A stretch of 64,000 nucleotides of DNA from Okamejei kenojei (lineage: Eukaryota): the NCBI GenBank assembly GCA_035221665.1, contig CM069152.1, positions 37,758,001-37,822,000 of the forward strand. The letters run 5' to 3'. The notes beneath the pieces were generated by a model. The model did not search any database. It was not told the origin of the DNA and saw nothing but the letters and a program-made list of their open reading frames with translations. This document shows positions 25,526-38,035 of this stretch, piece by piece. Every line of letters begins with the position of its first letter. Position 1 is the stretch's first letter. A program made the translations under genes and the position numbers.

Positions 25526-27289
25526 ACCTCCTGCCCGACAGTAGCAGCAAGAAGAGGGCATGGGCCGGAGGATGGAGATCCCTGATGTTGGAAGCCACCA
25601 TCTTGGTCGGCAGGGCTGTGCTTGTGATTGTCCACTGCTCTCTGCAAGCTCGGTGAGATGAAGGCGCAAAATTCAACGTTTTCTGTTAAACACGCAGTTG
25701 TGAAGCAGTAATTTCCATGCGCTAGACTCTCTTTATCCTGTCAGGGTTCCTAGAGCTGAAATCATCCTCATAAAATGGGTGGAAGAGGGAATTGCATTGC
25801 TGGCTATCCCCTGTCATTTAGTACCTCATGATGAGCTTAGCATTTGACTGGCTGCTGTGGGGAGAGGTTATGTCCCAAATACCCATTATGTTGGAATTAG
25901 AATCTGGTTTTGCATATGGCTCTGTAAAAGCAGTCAAAGATGACTTTAGATCTAGCACCATTTATCTCCAGGCATTGGAAACGACTGATATCTCCAACAA
26001 TCACACCCCCAACTATTCCCTAAGCTAATTGATGTTCTGAAGACATTGGAGACCTGTCCTTTTGTGACATTTTTAGTCGTAGAATGGCGAATCTGTGAAA
26101 TTAATTGTCACAGAAGGCTGTGGAGGCCAAGTTAATGGATATTTTTAAGGTGATCAACAGATTCTTGATTGGGGGGGTGGGGGGGGGGGGGTTTATGGGG
26201 AGAAGACAGGAGAATGGCGTTGAGAGAGAAAGGTAGATCAGCCATGATTGAATGGCGGGGTAGACTTGATGGGCCGAATGGACTAATTCTGCTCCTATAA
26301 CATTTGAACTTATGACATCACCAGCAAAGGAGATGGAGGCAACTAATCAATGAAATGAGTAGTAAAAGGGCCTGTGATTTCATCACGTGAGGATACAACT
26401 CTACTGCCACATTGAAGATTGGTGTAAACTTCTTTATGACTATTAGAATGGGTTGGTTTCACAAGGAGGAAACTTTTAATAAACTTTAACTGGCCAAACC
26501 TTTAATAATGAATAATAGGCAATGTATAATATTAAGCACGGCTTGTAGAATGAATGCAGCAGAACCAGTCCTATAAATGGGAACAGAAACTGCAGGAAGT
26601 TGACACCATATATCTGGATATTTATTGTTTCATGATAAAAAAGGCTTAATTTTACACATACTGTACTGATCTTCACTTCAGCAGTGACATCTTAGTAAGC
26701 ATATAACCCTGACATGAAATACAGAAGAAGATTTTACATGAAGCTAGATTAATTGGTAAGTATTTTGTGCTTCTTATCAGATCTGCCATACCCATACTCT
26801 CGACACTACCTTGCAATTATTGTTCCACAAAAATAAACAACTTAATCTGTTGTTTATAGTTTGCAGACAGAATATGTTTTACTATTAGAGCTCCACTTGC
26901 AGTTATAAATTAACAACACTACAGTACTAATAAATCATCTTAAGTTTAAAGAAATTCTCCAAAGGAGAAGGTCGAAGTTGAGGCAAATGAAAATTAGAAA
27001 GTGCGTTGGTAAAGTTAGTTTGGGAGAAGGTTATGAAAGAAGGAGTAGAAACCATAATGGGCATAATCAATGAACTGACAGAAAATAAAAATGTATTAAA
27101 CTGTTAACTCATTTGCTGCTTTTAGGACCTTGCAGGGAAGAAAATGGCTGCCCCATTGGCTGAAGAACAATGAAATACAAAATAATTTAAACATTGTAAG
27201 ACTATGAAGGGCACTGTTAATATTGAAATATAAGCTCTTTTGTTACAAATACCTTTCATAATCTTAAATAATGCTAATTAGAACTTGGA

Positions 27290-28100
27290 ATACTTTATTG
27301 TCATTCAGACCTTGCGGTCTGAACGAAATTTCATTGCCTGCAGTCATACATATAGTAAATAACAACAACACATAATAAACACATATTTAACATCCACCAC
27401 AGTGAGTTCACCAGACACCTCCTCACTGTGGTGGAAGGCAAAAATCTTGTCTTTGTCTCTTCCCTTCTTCCTCTTCCTCTTCCTCTGCGCTGAGGCGACC
27501 CAGGCCTCCGATGTTGTGACCGCACCGGGTGATGTAAATAAGTCCCGCGAGCGGGCCGGTTCAACTCCGCGGCCCGGGGCGGTCGAAGCTGCCGAAGCTG
27601 CCGCCCTCCAGTCCAGCGGACGCAGCTGTTGCCGCGGGAGCTCCGGAAAAACAGGTCACCAACCTGTGACCTGCGAGCTCCCGACGATGTCGTCCACTGG
27701 GCCCGCGGCCGGGCCTCCGAAGTCGCTGCCGCTGCCACCGCCACCGGACGGCTCCGAGTCGGGCCGCCGGAACGCCTGAACCAGCCGCAGCCCCGAAGTT
27801 GGCCAGTTGGTAAGTCCTGGCTGGCTCTGCCTCCGGAGCCCCGAGGTTGGTCGCAGTTAAAGTTGGAGGCCGCCAGCTCCGCGATAGGCCTCAGCGCAGA
27901 CGGAGACGGGGGATACGACAAGAAAAGTCGCGTCCCCCCAAAAGGAAGAGACTAAGAACGTTTCTCCCACCCCTCCCACACACATACACTACATAATAAC
28001 TCAAACTAACGCTAAAAACAAGACAAGAAAACAACAAATAAAAAGAAAAACAGACGGACTGCAGGCGAGCCGCTGCTGCCAGGGCAGCGCCGCCACTCCC
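27290..28100 (-). mobile_element. Non-autonomous CpG-rich retroelement with Rex-like tail
   Basis: Reverse tail TCAGACCGCAAGGTCTGAATGACAATAAAG; GC-rich non-coding body; head GTGGCGGCGCTG...GCAGC. Confidence 0.6.
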
Positions 28101-28605
28101 AGAATTAATTAATTGTGCTTTGACTATTTTCACTGTATAGAATGGCAGTTCAGCTTCTTAAATCATAGTTATTGTGTCATACCTATGATGCAATTCTCTG
28201 AATATCTGTGTCCCAGCGAAGTTCATTTTTGAAACAGAGCATTCATGACAGGATGATATTCTAAACTGCAAATAACAAAGAACATGTTGTATTTTTAAGG
28301 TGAGAAAACATCTCACGGCATTAACTGGACCAAGAGGTAAGATATTGAGAGGAATGACACAAAGCTAAGGCAAAGGATTTTAAGGATGTTAAAGGAATAG
28401 AGGGATGAAGAGAAATTGATACAATTCTGGGCAGAGGCTAAAGATGAAAAGGTCAGAAAAGGGGGACATGCTGGGACAAAAATGAGACAAAAGGATGTTA
28501 AATGAGGAGAGAAAAGGAATAGAAGGGGAGATCAGTGTAAAGCCAGAGGGAATGATAGGTAGAATGGGATTGGGGGTTGGTGAACTGGATCTGCACCAAA
28601 TTGGA

Positions 28606-28637
<32 letters not shown>

Positions 28638-29970
28638 GTGCAGAGAGAAGCAGCGGTGGTGTTGCTGCCTCATAGCTACTTTCCTCCCTGTGGCTTCACA
28701 ATCTGCAACTCTTCAAATCTGTTTCTCACCTACTGTTCTTATCTCTGGCTTTTGTTGCCTATCAATGTTCTCCGGAGATGCTGTCTGACCTACTGAGTTA
28801 CTCCAACACCTTTGTGTCCCTATTGCAATGTGTCCGACTGACCTATGATTCGTGTTACAGAAACAAGGAATTGCAGATGCAGGTTTTCAAAAAAGGGCAA
28901 AGGGCTGGAGTAACTAAGTAGGTCAGGCTGCATCTCTGGAGTACATGGATAGGCAATGTTTCAGGTCAGGGCCCTTCTTCAGAATGATTGGTGGGGATTG
29001 GAGGAAAGCTGGAAGAGAGGAGGGGCAGGACAAAGTGTGGCAAATAATAGGTCAGGTGAGGGGGGGATTGATGGGCAAATGGTTGGACAAAAGCTAGAAA
29101 TAAAAAACAAAATGTGTGATTCAAAGGGAATCTTTTTAATGGGGTACAATGGGAAGTTAAAGGACACCTTAGGAAATAAAACTTCTACTCATCTATTGAC
29201 CATTGATCTCTTCTCCACATGCAGTGACCTAAATGAAAAGGGTGAAGCCATTTCACAGTAAATTGAGTTATCAGAATGAGATGACTGAAATATAATAGAA
29301 CACAAAATGCTGGAGTAACTCAGTGGATCAGGCAACATCTGTGGAGGGAATGGATAGGAGATGTTTCGGGTTGGGACCTTTCTTCCGACTAATTGTAGTG
29401 GGGATGAGAAAGAAGGAAAACCCTTAAATCAGTGAGACCAAGTGCATACAAGGCGGCTGTTTCACCAAACGCTTGCCTTCGGTCTGCCAATGTCTGCTGT
29501 ATTTCCCACTTGCTCACCATTGAATCAACGTTTCAGGCCAAACGATTCTGATGGAGAGTCTTCAACCTGACAATTTACTGGATAATAATTCTATCTTTAT
29601 AAGCAAACTAAGTGCAAGCTTAAAACAAGTTAAAGCCATTTCCTGCAGACACAAAGAACCGCAGATGCAGGTTTACAAATACAAACACAAAAATGTTGGA
29701 GTAACTCAGTGGGTCAGACAGCATCTCTGGAGGACATGGATGTGACTTTTGAGGACATACGCAAACTGGAGGAACAGCACCTCTTATTCCCCTTGTACCC
29801 ACAATAGGTCATTATTGCCTGTGGGATAGGCCTATTGTGTGCCCCACATTTCCTTGATTATCGGTGCTTTTTGCATATCTTCCACTCATTTCTCCCAAGT
29901 ACCGTCCATATCGCTTGTTTCCCTCTCCCCTGACTCTTAGTCTGAAGAATGTGTCTCGAAGAGGGTGGCG

Positions 29971-30111
29971 GGGGTGAGAGATTGCAACCTTCACGTGGTC
30001 CGCCTGTTTCGACGAATGCAATTAAACAGGCGTGCACAATCAAATAAGATCAAATAGAACAAGTTGTGCTGCAACTTTAGGCTCTGCACGCCATACGCAA
30101 GAAGAAGAAGA
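29971..30111 (+). mobile_element. Short non-autonomous Vingi-type element (about 140 bp)
   Basis: Ends CCATACGCAA(GAA)4 like the Vingi tail at 3583-3600; TSD AGGG(T/C)GGCG at 29962-29970 and 30112-30120 at the head of a V-SINE. Confidence 0.65.
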
Positions 30112-30323
30112 AGGGCGGCGCAGTGGTAGAGCCTTACAGCGCCAGGGACCCGGGTTCGATCCTGACCATGGGTGCTGTGTGTCCGGAGTTTGTACGTTGT
30201 TCCCGTTACCTGCGTGGGTTTTCTCCGAGACCTTCGGTTTCCTCGCACACTCCAAAGACGTGCAGGTTAATTAGCTGGGTACAAATGCAAATTATCCGTA
30301 GTGTGCGTAGGATAGTGCTGGTG

Positions 30324-31355
30324 TAGGTATGTTACAAAACTTACCTTTAGCGGCGCTGCAGTTCTGTCACTGGCCGTGTGTGCAACTTTGGCGTCTTTGA
30401 GGGGGAGGGCAGGGTTAAAATGCGGTTTTCCCCTGCCTTCCAGAATTATATTTTCTCAGAGTGCGAGCTTTTTCTGAAGATTCGTTCCAACTGCCGGTAT
30501 GTGAAAATCGCCCGACTATTTCAGCGCTGGAGTAAAATAAAAATTAGCTTCTAATGCCGTGAACACCGACAATGGGGACAGATTTTACGTAGGGGACAGG
30601 TAAAGAAAAGCCGTTTATTTTTACATATAAACTTGCTTGTTAAGATGACCTTAATCAACATTTCGTGTTGCGAAATGGTGATTTATTCCCCATGCGAACC
30701 GGCAGTATTTTTCCTGCCGATATGGGGTTTAAATTCACTGCAACCGCAACGTTCCAATCCATCGCGTTCCAGAAAATCCCACTCGCAAGCTGATTTAAAT
30801 GGCGATTAATTTACGGGAATTAAACACTAAATTCCTTCCATTTGGCCTATAAATTCATAACAATGAGATTTAAAAATCATGTAATATTGTGAATTCTTGT
30901 GTGAATGTTATTTGGACACTAAGGCTTTTTAAAAATTTGTAATATTTTCTTAAGAAATGGATAGATGTTTAGATCTAGTAATTGAATTTTGTAATTAGCT
31001 ACAATTGGGTAGCTAACTAATTATATGCATTAATTTCTGGGCATCCAAGTTAGATTGTTTCATATTTGTTTCAGAATGCTTCAATCTATAATAACTGAAA
31101 AATTCTTTCAGTTCTCTTAATTTTTAAGAAAGTTATGGGCTTTTGACTGTCCAAGATCACAACTTTTGTGTTAAGTCAATGGAAAGCAATAGGGAACAAG
31201 ATGCCAATTTCCGAGTATGAAAATGGCCATAACTGTTTTAATACTGAAGATATGAAAGTGAATTAGGTGTCAAATTAAACTTCTTTTTATGCTTTATCTG
31301 ATGGGATAAATTGCAGACTTGATTTATAAAATCTAAACATTTTGTAACATTGCTA
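30324..31355. mobile_element. Non-autonomous TIR DNA transposon (probably hAT), about 1 kb, splitting a V-SINE (30113-30323 plus 31356-31435)
   Basis: TAGGTATGTTACAAAA ... TTTTGTAACATTGCTA inverted termini; degenerate 8-bp TSD GCTGGTGT/GTTGGCGT; second partial copy at 14165-14638. Confidence 0.72.
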
Positions 31356-31599
31356 GTTGGCGTGCGAGGATCGCAGGTCGGTACGGATTCGGTTGGCCGA
31401 AGGGGCTGTTTCCACGCTCTCTCTCTAAACTAAACTAAAACCCTAAACATCACCTATAGTTTTCTCCACAGATGCTGCCTGCCCCGCGGTGTTACTCCAG
31501 CATTGTGTGTGTCAGGCACCGGCGGGCGGCAACCGACTGGAGGGAAGGCGCGCGAGTGAGTGGCCGTTAAGGTGCGCGGGGTCGGGGGCCGGTCAATCA

Positions 31600-32150
31600 C
31601 TGGGGTGCGGGGGCGGGGCAATGCGGGTTGCTGGGCAACGGGGAAAGCAGGTGCGGCGGCGATGGGACGGGGGAAGCAGGTGCGGCGGCGATGGGACGAG
31701 CGGCCGCTGAGGTGGGCGGGGCCGAGTCTGTCTACCACCCGGGGGCGGGGCTGCGGGCGGGTTGCTGGGCAACAGTGGAAGCAGCGGGATGAAGCGGTCG
31801 GTGAGGTGGGCGGGGCCGAGGACCTCTTCTATCACTAGGGGCGGGGCTGCGGGCGGGTTGCTGGGCAACGAGGGAAGCAGGAGCGGCGGCGATGGGACGA
31901 GCGGCCGCTGAGGTGGGCGGGGCCGAGGCTGTCTACCACCCGGGGGCGGGGCTAGGGGCGGGTTGCTGGGCAACTGTGGAAGCAGCGGGATGAAGCGGCC
32001 GCTGAGGTGGGCGGGGCCGAGGGCCTCTTCTATCACTTGGGGCGGTGGGCGGGTTGCTGGGCAACGGGGGAAGCAGGAGCGGCGGCGATGGGACGAGCGG
32101 CCGCTGAGGTGGGTGCGGCCGGGCCTGGGCCTGTCATCACCCGGGGGCGG
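31600..32150. promoter_or_regulatory. CpG-island promoter of PPL built from an A-B-A-B-A minisatellite with GC boxes and RFX X-box-like palindromes
   Basis: GTTGCTGGGCAAC at 31627, 31761, 31857, 31962 and 32053 (spacings 134/96/105/91); repeated GGGGCGGGGC/GGGCGG; ends about 170 bp upstream of the PPL ATG. Confidence 0.75.
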
Positions 32151-32323
32151 ATTTGGGGAGGAGGCGCGGCAAGGCGAGGGCGCGGATCGCTCACCTGGCG
32201 CACTGTCTGTTGTGCTCCAAACGCAGCAGCAGCGCTCTCCCACAGCTCTCCCAAACAACCTGCAACTTCACTGCCGAGGATCAGGATTTACCGCCGTGAA
32301 GTCGGCTTCCAGGAATTGTCAAG

Positions 32324-32361
32324 ATGTTTAAAAAGAAATCCAAACCCACAACTCCCACCAA
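32324..32361 (+). CDS. PPL: Periplakin coding exon 1 (MFKKKSKPTTPT-K, phase 2)
   Basis: Kozak-like AAGATGT, basic N-terminus, perfect donor AA|GTAAGT; phase 2 matches exon 2; lies at the end of the CpG island. Confidence 0.82.
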
Positions 32362-32980
32362 GTAAGTGATTCACTATTTATTTGCACCAATGCATTTACT
32401 TATTGCTTTATACAGAACATGATCACGTCTTTGTACTATTGTGGGTAAAATTGGCAACTTTACCAAGTTGCCAATGTTTACAGAAGATATTATTAATTCA
32501 ACACCTGGACTCCTTTGAGGCCGATCATACGTGCCAGATCCTGAACTTAAAAGTATCGAGTTGCCGTAGGAAGGAACTGCAGATCCTGGATGACACCGAA
32601 GATAGACACAAAATGCTGGAGTAACTCAGCGGAATAACTCACCGGAGTAACCCAACCATTCCTTCTCTCCAGAGATGCTGCCTGTTTCGTTGAGTTACTT
32701 CAGCATTTTGTGTCTACCAGTTGGTGTATCAAGCTTCTTGCCATAATTCTACTCTTGAGTCGCTACAATGTGTGAACTGAGGTTATTGAACAAGCTACGG
32801 TTCGGCTGATCAGTTCCCACCTGGGGATTCAAACCGGGCTTGACTAAAACTCCAATGTAACCCACTCCAACCTCTATTTCAAATGTTACTTGGTTCTGCA
32901 TGCAAGTTGCCTGATCGAAATATTGTTTTCATAACATCCTTTTAAACTCGAAAGGGTGTGGCCACGTTGATAATTTTAAT

Positions 32981-33230
32981 GTGTAAGAAGGAACTGCAGA
33001 TGCTGGTTTAAACCGAAGATAGACACAAAAAGCTGGAGTAACTCAGCGGGACAGGCAGCATCGCTGGAGAGAAGGAATGGGCGACGTTTCGGGTCGCGAT
33101 CCGTCTTCAGACTGCTGGTACTGACTGCTGACCCGAAACAACCTGGCTACTGATCTGAAACTTCACCCATTCCTTCTCTCCAGAAATGCTGCCTGTCCCG
33201 CCCAGTCACTCCAGTTTTTTGTGTCTCTCT
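32981..33230. mobile_element. Fold-back Penelope-derived short element
   Basis: Self-complementary arms (GACACAAAAAGCTGGAGT...AGAAGGAATGGG / CCCATTCCTTCT...CCAGTTTTTTGTGTC); 14-bp TSD TTGATAATTTTAAT at 32967-32980 and 33231-33244. Confidence 0.8.
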
Positions 33231-33631
33231 TTGATAATTTTAATAGTCCGATTGAATTAAGATTAGGTAACAGACCTGTGTGCTTCTGATTAAATTACAC
33301 CAACTTTACTGTAATGACGCCAACCCCCCCCCCCCCCCCCCCTATTAATGGTTATCGGGCAACCCCTGGGCTTGGAAGGAGGAGACAGGAGAGCATGTCG
33401 ATCCGTGGTTTAATTGTGATATTTAAGCTTCATATCCAAGCACACACACAGATTGCCCCAAGATTCCTGTCTGACCAGTAGTCGTATTATTGCAGGTTGA
33501 CTCCCCTGCATAGCCTAATGGGTACTTTCAAAATCGCAAGCCTCACTGCCTTGTAGTGGATTGACTTAATGATTTCTGGGTACACCACAGAAAATGATTG
33601 ACTCAACAAATATACTATTGAAGATAGTATT

Positions 33632-33766
33632 CTTCAGTCTGAAGAAGGGTCTCGACCCGAAACGTCACCCATTCCTTCTCTCCAAAGATGCTGCCCGCTA
33701 GGTTACTCCAGCATTTTGAGTCTATCTTTGATTTAAACCAGCATCTGCAGTTCCCTCCTACACAAA
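33632..33766 (+). mobile_element. Penelope-derived short element with intact minimal hammerhead-like core
   Basis: CTGAAGA-AGGGTCTCGACCC-GAAACGTC at 33639-33666; 8-bp TSD ATAGTATT at 33624-33631 and 33767-33774. Confidence 0.78.
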
Positions 33767-36700
33767 ATAGTATTGAGATTTATTTCTAGAATCAATCTGC
33801 ACTGACAGACCAATATCCCTGTGGGCAGATCAGTGATTCGATTTAATAGCACTTCACAACAGGGAATCAACTCTCATTCCACACTGCAGAAGCTGAAACT
33901 AAAGGGGCTGCTCTGTTTACAAGTAATAGATTTAATAGATAAATCCTGAGATCGTGATGATTTTGATCCTACCTATTCCAGGCAAAGATACTAGAGCTCT
34001 AGTATCTTTGATTCCAGGTATGCCCTGTCTTTGAGCATCCCCATCGCCATTTGTGTGAGGTCATGTGGTTGGACAAAGCAATTTATATTCAGAGTAGATG
34101 ACCTGAACTGGCTAACCTTAAAAAATGTATTCCTTGGATGAACAGTTAAAGGTAAAGTGTACCTGCTGGGTGAACTAATCTTTCAGTAAACAATTAGGAA
34201 AAGGGCAAGAAATATGTACATTGATAATTTTAAAAATATACTAAATGCATTGCTTGTCTGTTGGTATCAGATATGTTTGGGTACCCTGTTTTATTCAAAG
34301 AGTTCTTTGTTGCTTTTCCAGTTCCAATCTTTTATCTGTGAATGCAAATGTTCAACCATTGGTGGTAGTGCCTTCAGCTGCTGAAGCCTCAAGCTCTGGA
34401 ATTTGCTCCCTAATTGTTTCTGCCTCCCTTCCTTTTGTCAAGCTCGTCCTAAGAATTAACTTTTTGAGTCACCACCCCTCCCCTTTTGGTCCCTGGCTCA
34501 AACATCTTCCTCCGTGAAAACACCTGCGATGTGCCTTTGGATTTCTTGCTGAGTCAAGGCTGTTATCAGAACTATCTAAATGCCATGAACACAGATTACT
34601 GCTGTGGGGTGATTGAGCTGCTGCCTCACAGTGTCAGAGACCCAGGTTTGATTCTTATCACAAGGGCTGGCTTTGCAAAGTTTGCATGTTTGCCTTGTGA
34701 CCACGTGGGTTTCCTCCCATATCCCAAAGACATGCAGGTTGAAAATTATTTGGCCTCTGCAAAATTGCTCTAATGTACAGGGAATGGATGCAGAAGTGGG
34801 ATAACAACACCAGTGTGATGGGTGATAGATGGTTTGCATGGAATCAGTGGGCCAAAGCGTGTGTTCCCATCCTGTATCTTTCAGTCAAGTTTAATCAGAA
34901 AACTTTCATCATTATCTATTTTTATTTTTATCATTAATGAAAATGTTTTAGCTTTGAGAGGACCCATCTTTTCATTCTTGAGAGTAGAAATATTGGTTGG
35001 TCTGTGATCCCATCAACTACTGTATATGTGATGCACAGAAACTTATGAAATAGTAGTGGGGATATTCTACTTGACATCACAATAATTATTATAAATGTGG
35101 ATAATCTTGTCTCCTGCATGAGGTTTTATAAACTTGCAAAGTTAATTGCATCAGAAAATATGCAAATGCTGAGGGCTATTTGGAATAAGCACCTGAGAAC
35201 AGGTGTATTAAGAGTGTTAAATAAATGCAAGGTGTTACTCAATGGAAGAAGATTGAAAGACAATCAACATGGGAATGTGGAAGATAAATTGTATCTTGGC
35301 ATTTTACTCGATTTTCTTTTTGAAGACCTTGCACAACAAATTGAAGTATAGAATTATATCCATCTGGATTTCAGGATAAGCATGACAGTACAGGTTAGTT
35401 TGTTGTCATGTGTACAGAGGTACAGTGAAAAGCTTTCTGGTTCGTGCTATCCAGTCAGCGGAATGACAATACATGATTTCAATTGAGTCGTTTAAAGCGT
35501 ATTGATGAAGATTAATTAACTACCAAATAAATTACTTAATATAATGTTGAAGTGATGACTGACATACTGAAAGTGACAGTCTGGACACCTCCCAATAGCA
35601 TGGTATCTGTTATCATTTTTTAAAATGACTTAGGAGACTGGAATATTGCTTGAAAGATCTAAATTTGTGGAGGGCTCTAAACTCGCCAAACATATTACCA
35701 ACTATGCTGTGATTCAAAAGGACCTCAAAGAAGGCTTTAATAGAGAGTGGATTCAGTACAGTTTGATACAACATTAGGTTGTATAGGTTGTATAGAATAT
35801 GGTGCATATGCACAGTAACATGCTTGGACTAAAAGAAAGAAAAAGATCAGCTTTTGCTTGATCAATTGTCAAAATCATAAGTTAGTGATTGCAAGGAACT
35901 ATTATTGTAAAATGTGAAATATTTGTTCATCTCAGTAAATTTATATGCTGATAACCTTTTCCAGTATTCTAAAATGTAATTATCTAAAGGCTAATATGAG
36001 CTGAAAAATTCTATTAAGTAAGTAAGTAAGTTTATTGGCCAAGTATTCACATACAAGGAATTTGCCTTGGTACTCCGCCCACAAGTACAACATGACATAC
36101 AGCGACAGTTACGAATGACTCAGAAAACACTAAACATTAATAATAATAACACATTAATGATAAAACACCATTGATCAAGCATGTGAACCAACAAAATACC
36201 AGATCAAAGGGAGGCGACAGATTTTTGGCTGTTGAGTAGAGCAACTACTCGTGGATAAAAACTGTTTTTATGTCTGGCTGTGGCAGCTTTGACATTGATG
36301 TTTTGAGGGTTGCATTCTGTGGCAAAACCTGTTCCAGTCCTCAAAAATGGAAACACAAGGAACTGCAGGTGCTAGAATCTTACGCAAAACACAAAGTGCT
36401 GGAGTAACTCAGCGGGTCTGTGGGTGGAATGGGCGGATGATGTTACCCTTCTTGGTTGAGAGCCTTCTACGTCTGTCCATTTCCTACATAGATGTTGCCT
36501 GACCTGTTGCATTCCTCCAGCACTTTGATTTTCCCTGAAAATGGAAGATGTAAATGGAATACAAAGCCTGTATACATTAAATGTATAGGAATGTTACCAG
36601 GCGTCACCATTTTTGTAAAGTTTTGCAGGTTAGACAACATTCTAGTTGCATGCCTCAGGTACTGAAACTGGTGCCAAACCTTTCCCCAAAACCAAAACCC

Positions 36701-37384
36701 ATGCAAACTTGGTCTTTCCACTCCTATTGTGCTATGAAATGCAGCAGCAAACCACACCCTTAATTTGATACAAATACACCCTTAAATTGTACAAATCTTT
36801 TTCTCTAAAAATTGTGATAGTGTTAAGGTTTCACATTTTAACATGAGCAAAGGGCTTCAAAAGAACCAAATTATAAGGAAAATCAACATTGCAGCAATTA
36901 TTTAACAATATAGTAATGAGTGGTATACTATACTCTATTAGCATTTAAAGAATTTAGCTTTATCATTAACTGGGATCGACAATGGTCAAATTCCATTGTT
37001 CTGACTATTCTGCTTCTGACTAATAGCAAGGTAAATGGAATCTTTGGCTGCTTTGCATAGAACCTGGAGTGCCGCAACGCTCGATGCTGGGGCCGCAACT
37101 ATTTACAATATATATTAATGATTAGATGATGGGATATAGAGTTAGATAGAGCTCCTGAGGCTAGCGGAATCAAGGGATATGGGGAGAAGGCAGGCACGGG
37201 TTACTGATTGTGGATGATCAGCAAAGATCACAATGAATGGCGGTGCAGGTTTGAAGGGCCAAATGGCCTCCTTCTGCACCTATTTTCAATGTTTCTATGT
37301 AACCTGATGGGAACTGATTCTGTTGGCATGCGTGGGGTTGACGGGCCTCCCCCAATTGCACAGGTGCAGCTGACAAGTGTGGGC

Positions 37385-37800
37385 ACTGTTTTAAATTATT
37401 TTAAGTTTTAAATGCCAATAACTTGTAAAATATAACAACAATCCGAACAAAACTTGTTTCATTTACATCCCCGGATAATGGTGAGTAAGGTGGGCCAAAA
37501 ATTGTAGCGCATTCATGTACCGTTTTGGTGGGGTTTTGGGCTATCACACCACGCACGCATACAAACAAACAAGATGAGAGTTTTAGTAATATACTAGACC
37601 AAGTGGGACCAGTTGGGCCCCATTCCCCCAACACAAGAATCCACCACTCACCCGTTCCCCGATCGTAACCCGTTACCCCAACACAATATTCCACCACTCA
37701 CCCATAGCTCTGACGGGAGGCCTGGTCTCCCAGCACAACCCGTTCCCCGGTGTAATATTCCACCACTCCCCTGCCTCCCTCAGCACTGGACTTTAAAAAA
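37385..37800 (-). mobile_element. Non-autonomous Helitron pieces joined 3' end to 5' end
   Basis: Minus strand: hairpin GGGCCCAACTGGTCCC-ACTTGGT-CTAG directly followed by TATATTACTAAAACTCTCATC; both halves match the ends of 52152-54820. Confidence 0.7.
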
Positions 37801-37809
37801 ATCCCAATT

Positions 37810-38035
37810 GGATGAGAAAGATGCCTAGTTTAAAGAAATATAAGGGGGAAATATCCCTGGTATGTTCATATCTTAACCTCACTAAGATGACATGCTGGTT
37901 GTTAATACTAAGTTGATAGGTTAGGGATTACATATCTTTTGTCTTTAATGCTGGCTATATTTTAAATTGTATGACATTGTCTGTAATGTACTTTGATACC
38001 TCAGGTGGTCATGGAAAGCACCATATAAATAAACA
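37810..38035 (+). mobile_element. Old Deu-domain SINE fragment
   Basis: AAAGATGCCTAGTTTAAAGAAATATAAGGGGGAAATATCCCTGG...TGTAATGTACTTTGATACCTCAGGTGGTCATGGAAAGCACCATATAAAT resembles the recalled SacSINE1/DeuSINE core and tail. Confidence 0.5.

Noticed and set aside
31600-32150. CRISPR-like array (palindromic repeat with regular spacing)
   Set aside because: The spacers are themselves repeated (A/B units), there are no cas genes and the context is a vertebrate promoter
31454-32369. Pro/Gly/Arg-rich ORFs of 70-221 aa
   Set aside because: By-products of the GC-rich tandem repeat
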